A program made the position numbers and the translations under genes. Shown here piece after piece: positions 1 through 12,705 of a DNA stretch of 64,000 nt (the first letter of the stretch is position 1; each line of letters starts with the position of its first letter). The notes beneath the pieces were generated by a model. The model was given only the letters and a program-made list of their open reading frames with translations. It was not told the origin of the DNA and searched no databases. Source of the stretch: Tricharina praecox (Eukaryota); the NCBI RefSeq assembly GCF_024521635.1, contig NW_026250406.1:1240001-1304000 (forward strand). The letters are read 5' to 3'.

Positions 1-1337
1 AGGGGAAGGGATCAACCTTCCGGATCCCCTCCTGTATCACTGCCGTGCATTGCGTGAGGTATTGCATTTGCCCTTTCTTGTAGCCATCTAGACCGGGAGG
101 TACATTTGCATACACGTACTCGCGTTTCTTCTTCTTCCCTTCGGCAATGGACTTGTAGAGCCAGTTGAGAAGGACGGCAAGCGTGAAGGTCAGGAGGACG
201 ACGCCCGGTTGGCGATACTGCGGATTCGACGCGAAGGTTTCGAGAAGTGACACCATATTTGCTGCGGTCGTCGAAATACCTACCCCAACAGCGGCGGCAA
301 AATCAGCCTTTTATACGCCTGTCAATCACCCATCCCAGCAACTACCACTCGGGTTGACGCCACCACCGCATCCGTTTCACAACCTTCCGAGATTCCCTAT
401 CGATATCAATATTGTCTGTGCCACCGCTTGTTATCTCATTTAGCCTTTTCTGGCGCGTCAAATCTACGCTATATCTGAAAACCTTCTCAGTCCACCCTCT
501 GTCGCCGACTCGCCGACTCGCCGTCGATTCCAGGGTACGTACATACAGTATATAGTACCAGGGTAAAGGTAGTATAGTCGACTCGGAGGCGTCTATACCG
601 GCTAACTCTAGTTTCGGACTGGCCTTTGAGTCTACAGACTTCTCGGAGACGAACAAACAGAAGTCTATTACCTATGGCACCGGAAGATCATTCTCCGAGC
701 CAGGTGAACCAACCCAGATTCCTCGAAGGCATGATGGCTCAACCACCAGGCCTGCGAACGGTCTTTCAGTTGAACCAGGTGCTGCTAGAAGGAGTTGAGT
801 TAGTTTGGGCACGTGAGTGGGGAAATTGGTGCAGTTTCCTGTCGCTCTTCGAACTGATAGGTAAACCCGCTGAGTGGTTGTATTGGTAGATCATGCGTGA
901 GGGGTCTTGGACTTGTCGGTAAATCTGCATAGATTCGCTTATTCCACCTGTCCCGTTACCGCCCCCACCATCACCAACCGCTGCCGGCCACACCAGCAAT
1001 CCGATTCTGTGTGTCAAATCCTGTGTTCAGTTCGTCCAGTATCGAGTGCTTCTGCTTCATACTTTTGTTTCTCTTACCTCCTAGGTATTACCCTTGTTTC
1101 AAGGGCAAGTTCATCAGCCCTGTCGTCCTCACTTCTTTACCCTCTATCCTCTGATAGAACGATTCCAGACTTCTCTCTCACAGGGAGCCTTGTAGCGGCC
1201 TTCCCGGTAATTCAGACTTCGTATTTACGGGGAAGCTTACTTGCACCCACCCCTCTAAGATTCGCTTATCAGAGGATCCCGCACCTGTCACGAACCCTTC
1301 TCCCTAGGGTACAAGCAATGCGTTGATCACGCGTCGA

Positions 1338-1371
1338 AAAACGCATTTAAAAACGCATTTAAAAACGCATT
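1338..1371. repeat. Tandem repeat (AAAACGCATTTA-like 12-mer) x3
   Basis: aaaacgcatttaaaaacgcatttaaaaacgcatt read directly. Confidence 0.8.
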
Positions 1372-1902
1372 CGCCTGCAATGCGTATTTGACGCATTGCT
1401 TGTACGCTAGGGTCTGCTCTCCTTCCATCCATTTTCCCACCCGCACATCCAGGACAGCGATTCCCCTATTGCGAGCCATAGTATTCTCCACTCATCGGAC
1501 TCTCTATATCTACATCGTCTATTTACCGAGCCGCGCTTGCAGGGTGACTAGCGTGGTGGGAAGCATTCACGTGTTTGTTCATGTTTGTTTCGGTTGTATA
1601 ACTCACACACTCTCTCACTCGATTTCGAAACCACTTTGAAGTTTTTCCCGCAATCACAGGGACACTTCTATGAGAGGATATTCGCCGCCGCTAGCGAAAA
1701 CTCACGATAGTGCGAGCGTGTGTGTCAAGGATTTCGGCTAAATCTCCTGCCCGAATTCCTATAAGATCGACCCTCCATTCCTCCTCTTCCTTCCTTCTAC
1801 TTTCTTCCCTATCAACAGCAACATCACAACCTTCCGATATCTTCTTACCTATACCTTCTAGCTACCCGCTTGAACCTCCAACGATTTTGCCACGGTACTG
1901 CG

Positions 1903-1980
1903 CGTTTCAACCCTAGCAAGGCGTTGAAGAAAGTGCCAGCTTTCAACCCGAGCAAGGCACTGAAGACGGTGGTAGCTTTC
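1903..1980 (+). repeat. 36-nt tandem repeat x2 (reads FNPSKALKKVPA/FNPSKALKTVVA)
   Basis: tttcaaccctagcaaggcgttgaag... and tttcaacccgagcaaggcactgaag... lie 36 nt apart; several differences are synonymous in this frame. Confidence 0.65.
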
Positions 1981-3322
1981 GCTGAGACCCAGAGGGTTCG
2001 CCACCCTCTCCCCCTACTCTCTTCCTCACTAACATCTCCACACACAGCTCAGAAGCATTTCTCCCATACCAATCGGAGGCCGTAACGCCAGTAGGGTGTT
2101 GAGACTATGGCAGTGGAGGTAGAGCAAAGCTCTCCTCCAATCTAGGGGGTTCGTCAGCTTCTTCCCCTATTACTCTCATCCGCACTAACATTCTCCACTC
2201 ATAGGTAAGAAGGATTTCTTCCGCCTCCCGAGGAGGCTCACAGATCAAGAACTCACTGAAGGCTGGGCAAAATCCACCTTCAAGGGAGAACACAAGTTCT
2301 CCCTCAGGGGGGTGAGAAGAAGGAAGATCTTCCTTCTTCTTTCCACACCACCAACCACACAATAACCCACCGCACGCAAGTCGCAAATAAAACCAAACCA
2401 AATCCGCTAACACCATTCACCCAACGACAAACATCATGAGCGACATTATCACCTTCCACTTTGTGAGCCTCGAGACCCTCGATGGCTTGATCTGACGGGG
2501 TAAATATGTCCCCGTCAATTCCGCGTTCGAGGAAGAAGCCGACGCAGCCGCCACCGCCGTGGCCGCCGCCGAGCACATGAAGGTCAACATAGACCTGAAG
2601 GGAGGCGGAGAGACACAGAGACGATGAGAACCAGATGGAGAAGGCTTGAAGCTGAGGGACCTGTTTTTGTTTTTGTTTTTGCTTTTGTTTTCAGTTTTAT
2701 CGCCAATAACTGCATCCTCAATGACTTTGTATCCTTTTGAGCTCGTCCCGACGCACCCCAGTTATGTACCAAATAGTTAGCATAGTGTCGGCATCTGCCG
2801 CTACACATCTTTCCTTTTCACGTGGACGGAGATCACGCTGTTTGGGCCCAAGGAGTGTGCAGCGGCTCCTAGAACTAGATGGTCCGGAAACTGGGCGCGG
2901 CTAAGAGACGACGCGAGAAATTGGAAATAACGATTCATCTGCCATGATCGGAACATCCGGATCGTGGATGCGGGGGTGAGAGAGGGACACTAGAAGTAGA
3001 GTGATGGAAAGAACTGGCTACCTGTGATATGCAGGCGGGAGGTACGGCGGGAGGCACGGCGGGGATAACTAGGTAGAGCGGCGGGAACTGATTCGATTCG
3101 ATTTCAATCTCTGTCAGGGGGGTGAGCCGAGCACGGTGCCTGAGCTTGCGTGGAGTCGGTATCCTAAACAAGATAATATCTCATTCGGAGGTCCACGGCT
3201 CCGGATCATCAGATCTGGGATATCACGGTCACCCGATCTTTCTTTCAGGTCAAGGATGTACTCCATTTCTCCTTTCCGTACTGCCCACCCCCACGATACA
3301 TGGTACATCGTACGTAGCCCTA

Positions 3323-5069
3323 CTAGTACCGCCTTCTCTTAAACAAGATCTCCTGGTCGGGGTTCGGATTAACTGCCTCCTCAAAGTGCACACTCTTCGG
3401 CCTCTGCGTCTGGCCATCCGGAAACTTGAAATCATATCGCATCAGCAGATGTGAAAGGATAATCTTGATCTGGTTTCCGGCAAAGAACCTGTATGTAACT
3501 TGTCAGGAAGGGTGATGAGATAGTGGGGGAGGGGAGGTGACATACCGTCCGGGACAAACATGGGTCCCGTGACCGAAAGCGAAGAAGGTTTCAGACGAGG
3601 TGACGAATTGGTGGCCGTTCTCTTGTCCTGGCTCCTGTCGCATCTTGAGGAACCGGAGGCCATCGAAGGTTTCGGGATCGCTGTAGATGCTCGGATCGCG
3701 GAGGACGGAGCGCGAGGCCACCTGCAGCCGGTCGCCGGCATATATCTTTAGGCCGTCGGAGAGCTCGATGTCTCGAGCTGCTGTGCGCTGCATGGCCGCT
3801 GTGGGAAAACGTTAGCCACAAACTTGAATGGGGGCGGTGGAAGCTTTGGATACCATCTTGAATGGGGTGCAACCGCTGGCTCTCCTTCATGAAACTGTCC
3901 ATCTTCTTCAACTTCTGCACATCGCTCTTGACGTTGAATTCGCCGTTCCCGAGAACCTCGTACAGCTCTTCCCGTAACATATCTACGTACTCCGAGTACG
4001 TGCACAGATCGTATACCAGGTGGGTCATAGTTATGCTGGTGGTATGCACTGCCGCGAAGCCCAGAAACAGCTGAAACCTCGCCATGTTCGCATCCGGCTC
4101 GCCTTGATCTACCGCCCACTGCAGCGCATCATTTGGCTTGACGTACGCATCGCCCTGCGCCTTCTCCTGTTCACGCCGCGTCTTTAGGAGGTCCATGAGC
4201 ATTGTGTTGGCATCGCTAACCGACTTGTCGAGAAGTTTGTAGGAAGGCAGCCACCACTTTGCGATCCGTGCGAAGAACTGTCCCATTTCTCGCAGCTCCA
4301 AGCCGGCCGTCATAACGGTCGTGGTGTAGTTTATGATGATGTCGAGCCAGCGCTGGTTGCGGCAGAGGGTTTCGCCGAGGAAGACTCGCGAACTGACGCG
4401 TGCAACTATCTGCTGCAAGGTCGGATGCAATTTGTATGCGATCCATTCTGGATCCCGTAAGCTGGGTGAAGACGTGATATTTCATGCGGCGAGTTTTGCT
4501 TACCATCAGTCAAGGGGAGCTCGATATCCATCGATATTACGGCTTCCTCGGAAAGAGCAGCCGTGACATGGCCGAGTGACTGGTTGATGTTCCTCTTGAT
4601 GACCCTCATGATGTTTTCAGACCGGAAGGGGAGATCGATGCCCGTCTGCGCTCCTGCGAACCCATCACGGATATAATTCGCAAAGCTGAGATCCGGGTGG
4701 TTCTTGATTTCTGGAAGGTATCTTCGCGGCGCCACCATTGTTGGTCCGAGCATCGTCGGTACCCAGAAGACAGCGGCTTCACCGAGCTGGGTGAGTGTTA
4801 GTACCGTGATGAGATGGAGAGTCGGAGAGCTTTACTTTCTGGATTCCTTCCTGGATCATTGTCGAGCTGTGTGAGAGGTATCGCGCCTGGCCTTTCTTGT
4901 AGCCGTCCGGGCCCGAAGGTAAATTTACGTACACATACTCCCGCTGTTTTCCTCGAGAAGAGAACCGGTAGAACCAGTTGCAGAGCACGGCGAGTGTGCA
5001 GGCCGCAAAGATTGTGGCCGATTGCCGGTATTGTAGATTTGACGTGAAGCTTTCGAGAAGTGAAATCAT
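3323..5069 (-). CDS. Cytochrome P450 monooxygenase (resembles fungal ent-kaurene-oxidase/terpenoid-tailoring P450s), 509 aa, 5 exons
   Basis: Exons 5069-4836, 4786-4504, 4447-3854, 3798-3546, 3488-3323 (1530 nt, all GT-AG). N-terminal TM anchor; I-helix FAAVHTTS; K-helix ESQR; PETFDGLRF; heme motif FGHGTHVCPGRFFA. Confidence 0.93.
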
Positions 5070-7208
5070 CTTCGCGGCCGGTCTTCGAGACGACTGAACT
5101 AACAATGCAACAGCGATGACGGCGATGTCAACCTGTTATATACCACTTAATCGGTTCTGTCTAGCACCTGTCATCGTCCGCGCCGCTCTCCAGCATTCGT
5201 TTCCGACTTCCTGAGTTTCCCCACATGCACATCTTCCTCCGAGCATATTCCTTGTTTCCTCGATATTGCTCCTTCCGACACGTCAATACTCTACCTAAAG
5301 ATCTTCCTAGCGAAATCCACAAAGCGGGCTTGCTGCTGACCATCGCAATCGCTGGTATTCACAATCTGCCGGGTCTGGCGCCGGTCTACGGTATAATGAG
5401 ACAATACTGTAAGGACTACCAGGGTAGTAGCGATAAGCTGTATAGACACGTCGTTCTCGAGACACCTACGCGAGCTCTGATCTTGAAACCGGCCATCCTG
5501 TAAGTTGATCCCATGTTCCTAGTGCGGAATGGTTTGGTGTCTATCGCGAGGACGATTAGTGAACAAACTGAATCGTCGGATTGCGCAGATGCAAGAGGAA
5601 TCAACAACAAGCTTGGGCATTCAACCGGGTGGCCGCTGCAAACCGATCCAGTTGGCTGTTCAGTTGCTGGGAGCGAGAGAGTGGAACAGAAGTTGGAGCT
5701 TCACTTTTCTGTCGGTACTTGAACTGGCTAAACTGTGGCGAGCTAGTATGCGGTCTCAGGTCTGTACTGTAGTTCGTAGATATGCGAGCGCCTTGGGCGT
5801 GCCTATGAAAATGCTTGATCCCCCATACCTCATTCCACTTGGTTCCTTGCAGTCCTCACCACCCCCCAGCCGCTGCAAGCCATACCTCCGGTAGCCGGGC
5901 TATTCCTTCGCCCACGCCAGGATCCCGGCTACCCGTGTCGGCGGCAATTCGCTTTCGTATTCAACGGCCGCCCCACCGCTTTATCTGGCCCAGCAGCCCC
6001 GCCATACTCTCTGCATCCTTCCTCTTCTCTTCACATATCCACTGTCGGAAGGCCTCAGCCAGATATCGATCTCGTCGGGGTGACCTTAGAGCTTCATTCC
6101 ATCCCCGACATTTCCGGCGTTCCCGGCAGTTCACGCCCAGGGTTGCTGCTTGCAAGCGAGCTTTCTGAAGATCTAGGCTCGAGCCTTGCAGTAGTTTTGG
6201 CCATGTATGATATGTCTACATCGGCCCCTCCACGTACGGGGTTCATCAGTTTGTAGGAACCGCACGGTAGAGTATTCTCCCGATAAAGCTCGCACGGCCA
6301 AATACCTTCCGTCGGCTCTGCGAGGACGAGGGCCGCAGGCCAGCACTCCTTGGCTGGGGACTGGTGCTGACCAGGTATGCTAGTTGGGGCTGGATGGAAC
6401 AGCGGCCCTATATAGAGGGTAGTAGAGTACTGACATCACTGGCCAGTGCGCAGCGCACATTAGCCATAACCACTAAGGTCGTCCGTTTCTGAGAGGAACG
6501 AGGCAAGAGGCGAAGAACTTCCCCGCCGGGTCGAGCCGTCGCAGTCATGGAGTCTGTACTCTATAAGGATGCTGTATCAGTATGTCAGCGATGTAGGGTG
6601 CAGATAGGTAGCGTATGTACGCAGAGTATGTAGCTGGGATGTCAGCTTCTAACACGATTCGATCCTAGTACAGTCGGCCCTCGGGCATTCTGCTAGCGGG
6701 AGTGTACTCTATGCGATCAACATTGCGGCCGCGGGCCTCGGGCCGCGTCGGGTTGCTGTGGGCACTGGGTACTGGGGGTTAGTTTCCTGCGTGCATGCTG
6801 CGTCGCAACGCGTTTTATCTGGGATTCCCGGACACCACGTCGATCCCTACGTACTTGTGTAGGCACATCCGCAGCGGTTAACTACCTGGTAGGATTTACC
6901 TAGTCAAGGGTCGGCATCCACCCAAGTGAGTGCCGAGTTCGCAAAGAAAGCGAGAAGTCTCCGAGAGCGGACTTGCGTGGGTCGGGGATTGAAGAATCCC
7001 ACATAACTACTGCTACCTAGTAACGTGACAGGTTAATTCACGTCTGACTTGCCTCGTCAAGGCAGGAAGCCGGCCACTGAACCGCTGGTACTTTATAACC
7101 CGCCAACAAGAAGATCCAAAACTTCAACTCTACGTGATCGTGACTTTGGTAAATACAAGCGATCACTCGCAGAAAGTAGAAATGTAAAATAGTGAAGATG
7201 TTGATTGA

Positions 7209-7467
7209 GTACTTGCGACGTACCTGCAGTGGATAAAGAAGCGGAAGGATGATCACTACTGGTGGTACAGCAGGCATACCAAGCAATCACGCGAGCACGT
7301 GTTCAAAAACTGCTCACGGTGGAGAAGCCAGCAGAAAGCCTTGTGGGCAAAGGTTGGGAAGGAGACGGAAAAAAAGGAAATAGAGGTGGTCGATAGCGGA
7401 TTTGTTAGCCGATGGGTGGTGCAGGGAGGCAATCCTAGGGTTTTTGGGAACGACGGATGTGGAGAGG
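7209..7467 (+). mobile_element. Degenerate 3' fragment of a fungal non-LTR retrotransposon (LINE, Tad1-like) ORF2 C-terminal zinc-binding region
   Basis: Translates VLATYLQWIKKRKDDHYWWYSRHTKQSREHVFKNCSRWRSQQKALWAKVGKET, then a frameshift near the A-run at ~7370, then K*RWSIADLLADGWCREAILGFLGTTDV. This matches my recollection of the CWWC..QTREHLFKxC..W..QQ..LW..V...WxIxDL.AD..C..AIL.FL..TDVG tail of fungal LINEs. Confidence 0.75.
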
Positions 7468-8412
7468 GACGAGTGATACGCCATGCACCTGGCAGTGCGG
7501 CACAGTTTACGACAGTGCGTTGATGCCGTCTTTAGACAAATTGCGCAATACCGCAATGCCGCACTTTATGTACCTCAGGTATCTGTATGTCTGCATACGC
7601 TCGCCTCCACTACAACTAGAGTATTGAAAACCGAGGTTGTGGTGAAGGGATGCACTATTAATATACGTCCATTGCTCATGGGTGAATTCCAGGTCCAGGT
7701 CCAGTGTTTGTCGCATTTGTTGGTCCGTGCCGGGACCGCGGGTACGTGATCCCGTCTTTTGCTCTTCTGTGCGGCCTGCATTACGTCCGCACTCCCTCCC
7801 CACACAGTTGAGCCCTAGTCGATTCCTGCTGGTTCATTAGGACTATCCACCGCGTGTGTTGTCCAGCCGGCGTCGAGTTAGTGTCGTCCAGTTGGTGTCG
7901 TCCAGTTGGTGTCGTCCAGTTGGTCCCCAGGTTCCCACTGCAAATATCCCCATGTTTACATCATCCCGCATCTTCACAGTCAAGGTATTGAAAACCAAGA
8001 TGTGGCATATGGACGATTTTTGGTGTACGTTCTCACCCGAGGCCGGTGGTGGTGGTGATGGTCGTGGTGTTGGTGGTGTTGGTTGTGGTGGTGGTGGTGT
8101 TGTTGGTGAGGAAGAAGAAGGAGGAAGAGAAGGAAGGAAGAGAAAGAAGGAAGGTAGGGAGAATGTGTGGGGAAGAAGAAGCAGCCCTAGGGCTAGTTTT
8201 CCTTCGGAGGATCGAGTGATACCGTCACTAGATAGCAGAACGACTCCACGCCATCCGGCAGCAGCGGCGTCACATCGTGCTAGCCAGTAACGGGGTCTCT
8301 ACCTGGCAGGAAAGCAGTGCGATGGTTCGCCACAGTCTAGATAGGCTGCATGCTAAATAAACTGAAAATCTCTCTCTCTCTCTCTCTCTCTCTTTCCCCC
8401 CCTCTCTCTCTC
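7467..8412 (+). mobile_element. Dispersed non-coding repeat family A, copy 1 (putative non-autonomous element)
   Basis: Shares long blocks with 38920-39780 (inverted) and 49232-50481, e.g. gtatgtctgcatacgctcgcctccac, gtattgaaaacc(g/a)ag x2, ccaggtccaggtccag, GGT/GAA-rich tract, agccctagggctag, cgagtgatac, tctagataggctgcatg...tctctctc. Confidence 0.85.
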
Positions 8413-9406
8413 TGATTGAGTAATTTTGACTATAGACATACAATCTATTCGTCTTGATTTTTACTTTCGTCTTATCGGGAGTGGATATTCGACAGATCTC
8501 CAGTAGTTGGACCGTTCCCCCGTCTTCGGTTGCCATCATTCCCCGGCTCCCAGCAGGACGGAGCGGAGATCTAGATCCTACGATGGGGCGATCCTTAGAT
8601 ATAAACGGATGTCTCCTTCCCAAGTTCCAACGGCATCGTGTCCTCAGATAGCACATATGATACTACCATCTCATATTCTGCTTCCGCTCCACTGACATGG
8701 TCGACTCCCCGCAACGATTCTACTCTACGCAAGTGATGAGAAGAACTCCCCATGGGGTACAACGGTTACGGCCGCATTCACCCACCTGTGAGTTACTATT
8801 TAGACACCGAAATCTGGGGAACTAAAGCTTATCTCCTCGTTCACGTCTACAGGATATGGATACCGGGTTCGGTTGTTACGCCTGTGTTTCACCGACGTCT
8901 TGCAGTGTGGGGCCCTAAGACGATCGGAAAATATGATATATCTTCCCGTGGGTCGAGCCGTCGAGGGTGTGGGAGGTGTAAAAGAGCAGGAATGTGCATG
9001 GGAAAATGAGGAGACATATGTACAAGAGAGGCGCGGATGCCGGGGGAGGAGACCGGGTTGGCGGGTAGATCTGTATGTACATAGTAGGTAGCCGGTGGGA
9101 ACACCAGATGAAGCCTGAGGGGTCATGTATGGAATAACCTGTTGTTTACATGGAGCGGATATGTTGGAGCCAAAGGTTCGGGAAGTGCCCTGCGGCCCGG
9201 TGATCGACCACGGGACGGGAGATACCGTAGGGATGGTTCCGGCCAGCGTCAGGTAAACTTGATCACATGCATGGCGGACACTTCTGTGAAGCGCTGGCTG
9301 CACGTCCATATGTAGCCGCGGCCGCCACGCCCGCCGCGCCGGTAAACGCACAGGGACTCCCACTAGCATAGATACCGCGTCGCTGGATACCTGTCGGCGG
9401 GGAAAC

Positions 9407-9605
9407 CGAATGTGGTTAGTAGTGGGTATCAACGTTAGTGGGCATCAACCTTGGCGGGCATGGCGGGGGCGTCTTCTTCTTCTTCTTCTTCTTTCTCAAT
9501 CATCATCTTTCGAATGGACGGTCAACCCCCATTTCCTCTCTATCTTCTGTGTGCGCTTCATTTCTCGTCAGGCCTGGAGAGGCATTGACAACGATCTCCC
9601 GCAAA
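9407..9605 (+). repeat. Dispersed repeat family B, copy 1 (~200 bp, internal (CTT)n)
   Basis: cgaatgtggttagtagtgggtatcaacgtt...gggcatggc...(ctt)n...atcatcatct...gaggcattg matches the reverse complement of 51420-51612. Confidence 0.8.
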
Positions 9606-10662
9606 AAGAGTTTCCTATTACAGCTTTTGCAAGGTCAAAGAGCTGTCCGCTTGCTTGTCCGCCAGTGCTGGGGATCGATCACTACGACAAGCAACAACCT
9701 GTCGTGTTTGATGAACTCCGATGACAGACGAACGGTACTGTGCCGCTTCACTGGTCCCCTCGACGGCCAGCTGTGAGTGTTCCCCTTGCGTACAGGCCCG
9801 TTCAACAAATATGTTTCTAACCGAGCGACGCTCCATGAATGGCCATAATCATCCGGCCAGCCTCGTTTACACCCCCGTTCAGCAGATTAGTCATACGGCT
9901 GATCAGAGCAGGCGGAACTCCCACGGTCCCGCCGATGGTAGCACACTTCCACACCCACCAATCATGCGTACGTAATTCAGCAGGACGGAACGGAAACGAT
10001 TCGCCGCCGGAAAGCAAATATGATCCGATGCCGGTGAGCAGACTCGCAACGACGACTGGATATAAAGAAGTCGCCTCTTTCATCCCCCAAGACTCTCTTA
10101 GACACTCTCGGGAGTAAGCGACATGTCTTATCGCCAGTACTCGACTTCGCCCCGGCTTAGCTAACTGAATCCAAGGCACGTGAGCAGTCACTCGTACATG
10201 TGTACATTCCCGGGACGATGCAACTCGGTCTTCGGTCTGCGCTTCGAACGCATGGTACTACTCTACCCGATCCTGCAATAGTGGATCCCGGGAAGTCTGG
10301 GCGACAGGTCCGCAAGCATCAGCTTCCAGCACCTCCTCTCCAACTCCGCAATCCTTCGAGCACATCCCGACCGCTGGAAAGTACCGTATACCATCCTTCC
10401 TCCTCCATAGAGCCTGCAGTGATCCACCGAGCCTACCGAGCATCCGCCGAGCCTACGATCATCGTCCCCATCGCACTTTTCCAGTTTCGGGCCCCCACGA
10501 CTTGTCCACTGTCCGTCATTGCCGCCACACTACATCGCTCGCACAATCCTCAGCAGTTTTTCAAACCCCGCAAAAAGCCCTATATTCAAACTCGACGCAA
10601 ACAATAAAAATACACGTATCGCACCCAATGAATCCTGGCCAAAAACGCCAATTTCCGCAGCA

Positions 10663-12705
10663 CTACCTTCGATCCTGCTCAACCACGATGAGCGAGTTCG
10701 CCACACTCTCCTTTCGGCCCTTCCTCTCTCGGTACATGATCTTCGCCGACGTATCCGGCACCCGCGAGTGCGCAAAGTACTTGTTCTGCGGCCGCTGCCC
10801 GTCCACCTCCGTCTTGAACTCGTAGTTGAGGATGATGTACGCCATCAGCAGCTTCAGCTCGTTCGCGGCAAAGAAGCGACCGGGGCTGTTTGTGGTGGTT
10901 AGCGCGTGTGGGGGACGTGTGGGTAGGAGGAGGGGGGAGGGGGTGGAGGGGAAGCTACCAAGCGTGTTTCCCATTCCCGAACGCGAGGTACTCGCTGGAC
11001 ACAGAGACCATCTGGTGTTTCGCCTCCTCGCCGGGCTGCTCGCGTATGCGCGAGAACCGGAAGCCATCGTACTCGCCGGCGTTCTCGTAGACGTCCTCGT
11101 CCTGGTGGACGCCCGTGGCGGGCGCCGACACCCACGTCCCCTTCGGCACAAACGTCCCATCAGAGAACGTGTGCGGCACCATCGCCTTCCGGATCACGGT
11201 CATCAGCGCGAGCCCGTTCAGCCGCTGGCTCTCCCGGAGACAGGAGTCGAGCTTCTTCATCTTCGTCAAAGCTTGCTTCGTCAGCCCGCCGAATTCGGCG
11301 ATCACGGATTCGATCTCTTCCCGGAGAGGTTCTTGGTGGTGCGGGGCGGCGCCGAGGTCGTGCATCAGGTGGAGGAGGGACTGGGGGATGTTAGTTGGGA
11401 GTAGACGGGGAAGGGAGAGCGGGTGAGAGGTACGAAGGAGGTGGTGTGGATGGCGACAAAGTTGAGCACGAGGATGCGGAGACACATTTCCTCAACAGTC
11501 GAGTTGGGCGGAGCGACTTCGGAGATCCATTGGATTGCGTCATTCTTGATCGGGGGTCAGTTAATCACCGCATACATTGCACACCGCACCCTAAGAACGG
11601 AGTCACAAACCGGTTTATCAGTCCACTCATCACCGAGCTCGCGTAGCTTCCTGCGCCTCTCCTCGAAGACGGGGCCGACGACCGCAACGACCTTGTTCAC
11701 AGCCTTGTCGCGGTTGATGACGAAGTGCGCGACGATCGGCTTCAGGATGGCGGGGAACATGTCGATCATGGCGCCCGCGCGGGACGCACTGGTCGCGAAC
11801 TCGACGCAGTGGTCGAGGTAGTCTTTGTTGCGGCAGATGGGGAGGCCGACGAACAGGCGATTGGTCGTTCGCGAGATGACGTTCAGCATCACCTTGAAGT
11901 TATCCACACTCGTCCATTCTAGCCGTGTCAGCGGGCGGTTCGCCACCAGCCAGCAGTTTAGGGGAAGGCGTACCAGGCCCAATGTTGGTATTCTCCTCGA
12001 ACGACAGCACCAGTTCGCTAACAATCTCTGGAAGGATGCTGCTCAGTCGGTTCGTGAGGTTCTTCTGGATCAGCGCCGTGTGGTAGTCCAGCTTGACCAT
12101 CTCTGCCGAGAAGGTATATGCCATCGAGATGCGCTCGACTCCCGTCGCCGCGAATGACATGATGCGGTCGTCGGTCGTCGCCAGCTCCTTGATCATCTTC
12201 GGATCCGACAGAACGATCACGTATCGTGCCGGCGTCGCGATCTTGAAGGATTTCCCGTGCTTGCCATACTGTTGGAGACGGCCAGGACGATTTAGTACTC
12301 GATCGAGAGAGGGAAAGAGCGATGGTGTGTAGAAGCCGGTCATGTACATACCTTGCGGTATCCTTCCTGGAGGAAGTACTCGGACTGTGTCACGGATGCG
12401 AGTGCGGCTTTCCACGGACCAAAGAGACCCTTGGGGATACCGACAGAGGGGAGGTTGATCTACGAATCATCACATCAGCATGCAATTTCCCTCCCTCTTT
12501 TTTTCTTTCTCTCTTTCCATGAAGAGGAGCAGGAAGAAGAAGAAGAAGAAGAAGAAGCGATCGGTACGGTACATACCTTGGTCACGTGGTAACGATACAC
12601 CGAATACGTCAAGAATCCCAGGAGCGCCACCGCCACCACCTGCCAGTTTTCGAGGCTTGCAGCGGTCTGCTGCAAGGCGACAACGGCTTCTGCGAGCAGC
12701 GTCAT
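10663..12705 (-). CDS. Cytochrome P450 monooxygenase (same broad group as 3323-5069), 531 aa, 7 exons
   Basis: Exons 12705-12577, 12459-12352, 12268-11974, 11918-11611, 11544-11434, 11380-10959, 10885-10663 (1596 nt). TM anchor; NFVAIHTTS; ESQR; YDGFRF; heme motif FGNGKHA-C-PGRFFA with the Cys codon split TG|C by the last intron. Confidence 0.94.
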
